Virus record (IMG/VR): IMGVR_UViG_3300030330_002454
From: an uncultured virus (IMG/VR IMGVR_UViG_3300030330_002454)
Lineage: Duplodnaviria > Heunggongvirae > Uroviricota > Caudoviricetes
Reading direction: 5' to 3' (one strand)
DNA length: 29,390 nucleotides
The translations under genes and the position numbers were made by a program. Each line of letters begins with the position of its first letter. Within the stretch, counting starts at the first letter, position 1. Of this stretch, positions 10,046-18,700 are shown piece after piece. The notes under the pieces are model-generated. The model searched no databases and was not told the DNA's origin. It worked only from the letters and a program-made list of their open reading frames with translations.

Positions 10046-13000
10046 TGGCAAACGGAACTGATGAACTAGCAGCACCTGGAAGTGCAGGAGTAAATATAAC
10101 TCAAATACCATTAGGTGCAGATAATACTCCTGAACCAATTGCTCCTCCTACTTTTGAACTAGCTACTCCAGGAAAGTCTGGAGTGGAAAAGTTAGATTTT
10201 GATCCTATAAATTTAACACCTGATATGCCTAGCTTTAGTCCTGAAGTCGCAAGACAGAGAGACATATTTAGAAAGTACGGTGTAGATATTAGGCCAGGAA
10301 TAAGTTTAGAAGGTACCGCAGGTAGGTTACAATCTAATCTTTCTAAATGGGCAAACGGTATAACAAAAGGTCTTGGTACAGCAGTAACAACTTTTGCAGA
10401 ACCATTTGTTGATATACTTGTAGGTATACCTACTTCTATAGTTACAGGAAAGTTTTCAGGATTTTATAATAATGCCGCTTCAAAATCTCTTGATGAGTTT
10501 AATGAGTATCTTAGAAAAGAATTACCTAACTACTATACGCAAGCAGAAAGAGACTATGGTTTTTGGAGAACTTTAGGTACATCAAACTTTTGGGCAGACC
10601 AAGGTATGCAAGGACTAGGATTCTTAACAGGTGCTATAGGTAGTGGTTATGTTGTTGGCGCATCAAATATTATAGGAAGTACTATTAGAGGTACAGCTAT
10701 GGGGGGCGTTAGAGCTTGGAGAAATCTTACAAACGCGTTTCGTGGACAACAGTTAGCGGGAGCTAGGAGTGCTAAAAGTATTGACAATGTAAAAAATATA
10801 CTTGGAAGAATAAATTACACTTCTGAAACAGCTAACATGTTTGGTGCAGGTATAATATCTGCATTTGGTGAAGCTGGTATAGAAGCAAGAGAAACTCGCC
10901 GCAGAGCTCTACAAACAATAAAAAATCTAAGAGCTACAGGTGACTCAAGATATGTAGGCATGTCTGATAAAGAAATAGAAGAGCTTATAGATACTGCAGG
11001 TAATATAGCTTTTGGTTTAAACACTGCAATTGTAGGCGCCTCTAATATATATCAATTTGGTAAACTATTTTCTAGAAGTTGGAAATCTACATCAAGTAAA
11101 TACTTAAATAGTCTAACCGAGAAAAAAATGGTTGATGGGGTGTTGAGATATGAAGCAAAAGAACTGCCTAAAGCCTGGAAAAGATATTTTGGAGTAGTTA
11201 ATTGGTTTAAACGTCCTGCAGCTGAAGCCTTTGAAGAATGGTCTCAAGCAGCTGTAAATGTAGCAGCCGAAGATTATTTTACTGATGTGTACTCGTCAAA
11301 TCCTATTGAGGATATGACAGATATGTTAGAAGGTGGTGTAGGTGTAATCGGATCTCTATTTAGAGGTTATATGGAAGCGCCGCAGAGAAAAGAAGGGCAA
11401 CAAGCTATATTCTTAGGGGCCTTATTAGGTAAGTTAGGGGAAGCAGGCGCTTTAGTTAGAGAAGATGGTATGACAACCAGACAAGAGTGGATCGATAGAT
11501 ACGATAAATCTGTTGCTCTTGCAGAAAAACTTAACTTACTAGAGCCTGAATCTAAATTATATAGATTATTAAAAGCATTTAATGAAGGAGCTATATCCCA
11601 AGCAAAGATGGACCAAGCTTTAAAAGACGGTGATATATTTAAGTATAAGAATGCTGAATCTCAAGCCGTATTCTCTTTAATAGATGAGTTTATAAATGCA
11701 GGTAAAATAGAAGACCTAAAAGCATTTGTTAAAGATATAGGTGGCCTATCTGAAAACGCTTTTAAAGAAGTTATTGGTTTAAATCCAGAAACTAAAGTTA
11801 AAAGTCCTGCTGAACAAGCACGTATAATAGAAGATAGAATTAAATTTATAGAAGATCAAAAACCTAGAGTAGATAAGTTTGTCTCTTCATTACAAAATGT
11901 AACAGATCAAGAAAGAATACTTATAGATGCTGGTATAAGATACTACTCTTACATGATTGATATTTCAGATCAAAGAGAAGAAGAATTAAGTAAAGAGCTA
12001 GCAGATATTACAAATGGTTTAGTAAGTTGGCAAGCGCTACAAGCAGTTAAAGGAAAGTCTGCAGAGCTAGCTAAAGTACTAACTGATATGAAAGAAGCTT
12101 TCCTTAAAAGTGATAACTATACAGATGTAAAAGGACAAGAAGCTTACGTTTTACTTAGAGACTTAGCTAAAATTGCAGAGCTAAAAGAACAGCATTATAA
12201 ACTTCTTAATGCAATAACAGAAACAGAATCGTTATCTAAATTACAACTAAAGATAAAAAATAAAGAAAGAAAAGCTAAAGAAGATAAAAAGAAAGCAGAG
12301 AGAATTAAATCCGAAGTTGTTAAAGAACAAGAAGATGATATAATAGAAACTGTAGACGACAGAGTTGAAACAAATGCTAATCAAAGAGTAAAACGTAGAG
12401 AGCAAATAGGTACTAAACGACAAAGAAAATTAATGCGTCGTAAGCAGGCCTTAGAAGAACAGTTAGCTGTTACACCTGAAGAACAGAAAGCCCAAGTACA
12501 AGCAGCTATAGATGAGATAACACAAGCTATTGAAGAAAAAGCAAAGACTGTCAAAGAACAAGTTGAAGCTGATATAGAAAAAACTTTTGAAGAAGCATTC
12601 CCTGAAACTGCAAAAGAAAAACAAGCGGCTAAAGAACAGGAGGATGAGCTACAAAGGTTAATAGAGGCAGAAGAGCGAGGCGTAGACTTAGAGACTACAG
12701 AAAATATATTGATAGGTAATCTATTATCGTATCCTAATGCCACTGTAAGTGTTAGATTTAATGGCGAAGAAGGAATCTTGTTTAAGGAAGAAGATGGCAC
12801 AGTCGTATTCCAGAACACAGAAGGACAAGAAACTGAAGTTGGCAAGTTTTTAGACGACCAAACTCTATCTGAAGTAGGAGTAGAAGTTCTACAAGATCAG
12901 GTAGGGCCTATAGCAATAAGTATTATTGCAGACGGTAGAACGTTTGAAATAGGAGGACAATATTATAATAACTTATTTATAAATCCTCTGTCTGCAATAG

Positions 13001-15741
13001 ATCCATTTGTATTTAGAATAGCACAAGAAGGATTTCAACCTAGAAGAGTTACACTATTTGATTCAGACGGAAATAAAGTTACCTTTACAAACCCATTCTT
13101 AGTACAAGAGTTATCTAGATTGATAACTATGATAGAATTAGTTAGGCAAGAAGCTATTACAGAAATGCAACAGTTTAATGCAGGACTAATGGAGTTTGAG
13201 TTCCAGGGGGAGACATACTATGTAGAAGATTCTATAGAAAAAAAGTATACTACAGCTTTTGAAAGGAAACAAGGTTTAGAAAATGTTATTGAAGTTCCTG
13301 TAGTAACTGTTTATAATAAGAATTTAAATAAGTTACGTTCTCCTAAAAAAATAGCTCAAGTATTAAGAGCTAGAGATGTGTTTATTGATAACTACATTCA
13401 AAATAAAATTAACGCTTATATAAACGAATATGAACAAGACCTTTACGGAACGCAACCTGATGCGACTACTGAATCTAGATCTGAAGAAGAAGTTAAACGT
13501 GACGCCCAGGAAGCTTCAAGCGAACGTGTTAGCCCAAGAGATATTGAAGACGATACGCCAACGCCCGACAAGACAGACAAACAAGCCGCAGTAGAACCTA
13601 CTGCTGAAGAAGTAAATAGATCACAAAGTATATTAAGTGAAGGTGAAGTGACTGTTTTAACTCAAGCAGAAATGGATGAGCTAGGAGTTAGTACAGAAAA
13701 CGATCCTAATGTATACCCTGACTCTCAAGTAGCGCCAGAAGCTGCAACTCCTATAATTAATACAGAAGAAAGTAAAGATGCTGTAAACGATGTTGTAGAA
13801 GAGCAAGAGATACCTGATAATAGTACAGTAAGGAGTAGTAATTACGAAACAAATAAAAATGGTTCTAATGTATTAGGATATGAAGTAGTTGCTTTAAGCA
13901 CTATACAATCTTTAGCTTGGAAGTCTGCTAATCACCCTGACAATGAGGGAATAGACGTTGATCAAATAGTAAAAGATTTAACTGATGTTTTAGAGAGCGG
14001 AGTTAACCGTGAAGGTACAGCTCTGGAGTTTACTATAGATCTAAATGACCCTCAGCTTACTGACATAAGAGAAATGGCTCCTATTCTTGCTAAACTTAAG
14101 AAAGGAACAAGACTTACAGAAGACGAGATAGGTAAAGTAGCTATGAGAGTTAGTATGGACATAGATGGTAAAAAGGTGTATGCATATATACATAGACTGG
14201 ATTACGTAGATGATCATATAAAACCTGAAGAACAAGAAGCCGCTAGAAAAATGTTAATGGCTGACAGAACTAAAATCTATGAAGATTTCTTAGCAGGGCG
14301 TAAGACTAAGTCTACTATAAAAGAAATGACAGGTGGGCATTTAGTTACTCAAAGAGTAGTAGAGTATCAATCTGTATTAGAACTTCTAGCAAACCCTGAA
14401 ATGACAAGACTAAAAGCTGCTGCAGGGGAAGATTTTATTACTTTTTATATCGCTGCAAACGGTGTATACATAGATGAGAATGGTGAAAACGGATTCCGTA
14501 AAGAAGAATACATTGCAAATACAGATCAAGACGGTGCAATTTTTACATCTCTTATTATGGCAAACGGAAAAAGATTTCCGCTAAGATTATTTGTAAAAAA
14601 TTTATCAGATGAAATTGCTTATCTTATATATAATATTTATGGAGAAGCATTAACTTCGCACAACGGAAATATAAATAAAAACATGCCTATAAAAGCTTTT
14701 AATAATCTAAAAAATAGAACTAAAGATGTACGTATAGTAGCAGAGTTTTTAAATATAGTAGAATCTGTAATGGAATCTAAAGAGGTGGGTCCTACATATA
14801 AACAAATGTTAGACATGCTTATATTCCACGGTGCAAAAACAAAAAGTAAAGTATCTCCTACAATTGTATCTGGTAAAGGTAAGTTACGTTTAGGTGATGT
14901 AGAAATAACTACAAAAGAGTTTAGCGAAAGACGTGAAGAAATAGTTAATTGGTTAAAGGCAAACAAAAGACATCATGTATCTAAAAACTATATGAATTCT
15001 AAAACAAATAATAAATATAACTCGTGGTTATTAACTAATCAAATTGTTGGTACTGATGCTGTTGCTACAGAAAATGGTACGCCGTTTATACAACCTACAA
15101 TACGTTATGCACCTCTTAAGTCGGAGGCACCCGCAGCTAAAAAAGAATCTGTCAGCACAAATCAGGTATCAATTAGTGATGAAACAACAGATGTAGAAAT
15201 CGGACCAGATGCAAATGTTATAGATTTCCAAGATGCTAATGGTAATTATATAGGAAAAATATCTTATGATAATACAACAGGACAAGTAGCTTCAAGTTTT
15301 GCTAGTGTAGCTTCGGAATTGAATGAAGAATTAAGAGGTAAAGGCATAGGAAAACAAATGTATATATTAGCAGGAGAACGAATAGCTTCTAAAGGATTAA
15401 CATTTAAATCAGATAATTTTGCACAACAATCTGCTGAAGCTAAAAATCTTTGGGAATCTTTAGTACGAGAAGGTAGAGCAGTTAAAACTGCTACAAACTA
15501 TGAGTATGTCTCACGTGAAAAAGAATCTCCTAAACCGATTCAGCCTGAATCTAAACCATCACCTGGTCCTGGAGTAATGCGTTTGGAAGACTTACCTAAA
15601 GACTTCCAAGCAGAAGCAGCTGCTGCTCTAGAAGCATTATCAGGAGGTGCAGCTTTTAATATAGATGCAGACTTAGGCCCTGCAGCACCATCTAAAAAAT
15701 CAGATATAACAAAATCTCAAGATAAAAATAACTGTGAATAA
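10045..15741 (+). CDS. Giant virion (ejected) protein preceding the RNA polymerase, with N-terminal membrane-like segments, coiled coil, acidic linker and C-terminal GNAT-like domain
   Basis: 1898 aa. Gly-rich hydrophobic segments ('GLGFLTGAIGSGYVVGA', 'AIFLGALLGKLG'), 'EAGIEA' and 'EAFEEWSQ' motifs, K/E-rich coiled coil, 'LRGKGIGKQMY' near the C-terminus. Position corresponds to phi14:2 gp65. Confidence 0.7.
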   Translation: MANGTDELAAPGSAGVNITQIPLGADNTPEPIAPPTFELATPGKSGVEKLDFDPINLTPDMPSFSPEVARQRDIFRKYGVDIRPGISLEGTAGRLQSNLSKWANGITKGLGTAVTTFAEPFVDILVGIPTSIVTGKFSGFYNNAASKSLDEFNEYLRKELPNYYTQAERDYGFWRTLGTSNFWADQGMQGLGFLTGAIGSGYVVGASNIIGSTIRGTAMGGVRAWRNLTNAFRGQQLAGARSAKSIDNVKNILGRINYTSETANMFGAGIISAFGEAGIEARETRRRALQTIKNLRATGDSRYVGMSDKEIEELIDTAGNIAFGLNTAIVGASNIYQFGKLFSRSWKSTSSKYLNSLTEKKMVDGVLRYEAKELPKAWKRYFGVVNWFKRPAAEAFEEWSQAAVNVAAEDYFTDVYSSNPIEDMTDMLEGGVGVIGSLFRGYMEAPQRKEGQQAIFLGALLGKLGEAGALVREDGMTTRQEWIDRYDKSVALAEKLNLLEPESKLYRLLKAFNEGAISQAKMDQALKDGDIFKYKNAESQAVFSLIDEFINAGKIEDLKAFVKDIGGLSENAFKEVIGLNPETKVKSPAEQARIIEDRIKFIEDQKPRVDKFVSSLQNVTDQERILIDAGIRYYSYMIDISDQREEELSKELADITNGLVSWQALQAVKGKSAELAKVLTDMKEAFLKSDNYTDVKGQEAYVLLRDLAKIAELKEQHYKLLNAITETESLSKLQLKIKNKERKAKEDKKKAERIKSEVVKEQEDDIIETVDDRVETNANQRVKRREQIGTKRQRKLMRRKQALEEQLAVTPEEQKAQVQAAIDEITQAIEEKAKTVKEQVEADIEKTFEEAFPETAKEKQAAKEQEDELQRLIEAEERGVDLETTENILIGNLLSYPNATVSVRFNGEEGILFKEEDGTVVFQNTEGQETEVGKFLDDQTLSEVGVEVLQDQVGPIAISIIADGRTFEIGGQYYNNLFINPLSAIDPFVFRIAQEGFQPRRVTLFDSDGNKVTFTNPFLVQELSRLITMIELVRQEAITEMQQFNAGLMEFEFQGETYYVEDSIEKKYTTAFERKQGLENVIEVPVVTVYNKNLNKLRSPKKIAQVLRARDVFIDNYIQNKINAYINEYEQDLYGTQPDATTESRSEEEVKRDAQEASSERVSPRDIEDDTPTPDKTDKQAAVEPTAEEVNRSQSILSEGEVTVLTQAEMDELGVSTENDPNVYPDSQVAPEAATPIINTEESKDAVNDVVEEQEIPDNSTVRSSNYETNKNGSNVLGYEVVALSTIQSLAWKSANHPDNEGIDVDQIVKDLTDVLESGVNREGTALEFTIDLNDPQLTDIREMAPILAKLKKGTRLTEDEIGKVAMRVSMDIDGKKVYAYIHRLDYVDDHIKPEEQEAARKMLMADRTKIYEDFLAGRKTKSTIKEMTGGHLVTQRVVEYQSVLELLANPEMTRLKAAAGEDFITFYIAANGVYIDENGENGFRKEEYIANTDQDGAIFTSLIMANGKRFPLRLFVKNLSDEIAYLIYNIYGEALTSHNGNINKNMPIKAFNNLKNRTKDVRIVAEFLNIVESVMESKEVGPTYKQMLDMLIFHGAKTKSKVSPTIVSGKGKLRLGDVEITTKEFSERREEIVNWLKANKRHHVSKNYMNSKTNNKYNSWLLTNQIVGTDAVATENGTPFIQPTIRYAPLKSEAPAAKKESVSTNQVSISDETTDVEIGPDANVIDFQDANGNYIGKISYDNTTGQVASSFASVASELNEELRGKGIGKQMYILAGERIASKGLTFKSDNFAQQSAEAKNLWESLVREGRAVKTATNYEYVSREKESPKPIQPESKPSPGPGVMRLEDLPKDFQAEAAAALEALSGGAAFNIDADLGPAAPSKKSDITKSQDKNNCE

Positions 15742-18700
15742 TGAGTTGTAAAGTTAGTATAGATAAATTATCAGCAAAAGCTCTAAACAATCCTTCACAG
15801 GATTCTTTATTGTATAAACAATTATTAAATATATCTGATAATAACGGAGAAGTAGCAGAGAGACTGTATAACGTGTTAGATACACAAGAGTTTAAAGAAT
15901 GGTTCCAAGGATCTGATTATTTAAACACAGTTGGTGAGCCTGCACTAGCAGGAGAGTTTTATACAAATGCCAAAGGAGAAAGATGGTGGTCTAAAGCAAT
16001 AAACAAAAAAGATGCAATTACTAAGTTTCCATTTGGACTAAATAGAGTTCCTGGACTTACAGCTGCACAAGTAAATGATATTGCAAACTTTTCTTATGCA
16101 TACATGTTACGGGCCACTGATAGTGTTGAAAATACAGACGCTATAAAATTGTCTTCTATCGTAGGTATCGTAAATTCCCTACACGGTATAGCAGCCGATA
16201 CAAACGACATGGAAAGATTTAATGTTCTTGAAATCCTAAAACAGGATATAAGAACAAAAGATTCTAAGTTTCTAAAACTTATGCAAGATAGACTTAGAGC
16301 TGACGGCCTTGTAGAAGATGAAATTAGTGAAGAAGACAGAACTAGTCCTTTAAACTTAAAAGAAAAATACTTTACATCACCAAAAGACAGTGCATCTGTT
16401 AGTTTAAAGCTAATGATAAAATCATTAATGGACACTAGTAAAACAGATAACACTTTAGGTAGACCTATACCTGCAAACTATAGCGCTACATTTAACTTAC
16501 TGCTTAGAGATCTTGCAGGAGTTGTACCTTATAATAATGGTGAGGGTATAGTAGATGTATACGACGTATATATAGATAAACTACGAGTTCTCTCTGTAGA
16601 TTACCCATATTTAAGTCAACTAATTGCAAAACTAGAAAATGCAGAAGAGCATGTAAAAACTAGGTTTGTAAATGGATTAGCATTAGAAAAACTAAATTAC
16701 ACACAAACACTATACGAGGGAGGCCTTAGACAAAAGATATACAAGCTAGGTATGCCTAGCGCACAACAAGGATTTGAGTTAATAAGATCTGAGTGGACAG
16801 AAAACTTTAAGAATAAAATGTTTACGTATAATAAGAACGCAAACATAATTCTTAACGAAGACTATGCCAAACAAGCAATAGTAAAATACAGAGCTCTACA
16901 AAAAAATGCACGAAAAGTATCTAAAACTAGTTTAGATAGTGTACAAAAAGAGTTTAGAAATCTATTGAACTTTATTGGTATAGAACTATCTGATAAAGCT
17001 GTAAAAAAGTTTTATAATAGTAAAGAGTCTATATTTGAGGCTCTAGAGTCTACTCCTGGTAACCTTGGTTTTGTCTTTAACGATAAAACTGCAGGTATAC
17101 CATCTCTAATAAAAAGATTTGGAGAGCGTGCTAAAGGTAGAAGAGATATAATAGAATTATCTGATAGAGATTTACCTATTAAAAATGAACGCTCTGTACG
17201 AAAGCTTGCTATAGAAGAAGAAAGATTTAGACCAGAGTTTGTAGATAACAGTACTTTAGGCCCACAAGGTGACATGTATTGGGGATTTGGTACGTATAGT
17301 TGGATGGCGCAAGTGCTAGACACAATGAATTCAGAAAATAGTGATTATCTAGAGCGTCTAGCTAAACTACCTTATAATATAAATTCTAAGTGGATAAATC
17401 AGCTGCAGAATGGAGCACAGGTAAATAGATCTGTATTTATGCAGATGAAAGAAGATAATAGATACGAAGGTACTAAATACTTCCAACTGCAGGAACCTGA
17501 TCAGCTAGCAGATAGAATTGCTAGAACTATGAATGGAGAACATATTCTTATGACTCCAGGTAACTCCAGAACACTATATACACTATCAGGATTTGCATAC
17601 GAAAGCAGCGGTGTAAATGTTACATACAATCCTAAAACTAAACAATACGAGTTTGAGTATGTGTTTGATGAAAATGGTAAAAATAATGTTATTGAAACAT
17701 TTAGAGGATATATAGAAGATGAGTTTGCTTCTATGGATGCAGCATATGAACAAGTATTTAACGGTAAGCTTGCAAAGAAAGATCAAGTAGTACATTATCA
17801 TTACGATAAAAATGGAAATGAACGAGATTCTAATGGTAGGCCTGCAGGTAATGCATTTAAACATACATTGTTTCCAGAACTTAGTTTTGGTGAAGCTTAT
17901 TCTCAAGGTTTTTATACACAAGATGGTAAACCTATATATAGCTCTGAAATGATTGCAAACGAAAGAGTCACTGACTTAATTAAAATGCAATATGAAAAGT
18001 ATGTAACTAGTCAAATAGAACAAGCTGTAGAGTATAAAATAATAGATAGAACATTAGCAAATAGAGAATTACCTACAAACTTACTAAAGACAGAAAGATT
18101 TGCAAAACTAGGAGATCTTGCTAACGGTAGAGTATTTACAGATTATGTATTTTCTAATGTTGTAGCAAACGTAGAGTCAACTAAATTATTTGTAGGAGAC
18201 ATTAAGTTCTACAAAAATCTAGATGACTTTGTAAAAAGAGCTAACCTGTATACAACTTCTGTAACTCAAATGAGATTTATAAAAGGCGAGGTACACTCTG
18301 AGTATCTGCAGGCAACCGTAGATGACATATTCTCCCCGTCTAAGTATCTACAAGATATAGAAGGGTATGAAAATGTAGACCTTACTGATGCAACTACCTG
18401 GATTACACCAGAGCTACAAAAGCAAAGAATGAAAGGGTTTGGTGAGTTTACTCCTGAAGTAGAAGCGGCGTACAATCGTATGATGAAAGGGGAAATGCAG
18501 GTTTCTGATATACTAAAGCTTACACCACGTAAAAGTGCAGCTAGAGGGACAGAAATAAAAAACGGTATGAATGTACCGTATAGAGAAAAAACTGCGGAGG
18601 TAGTATTATGGCCTGGACTAGTTAAAGACGCAGGACTTAAGTCTTTATATGATGCAATGGTGCAAGAAGAAAAAGACTACAAAACAATGACAGGCGCTAC

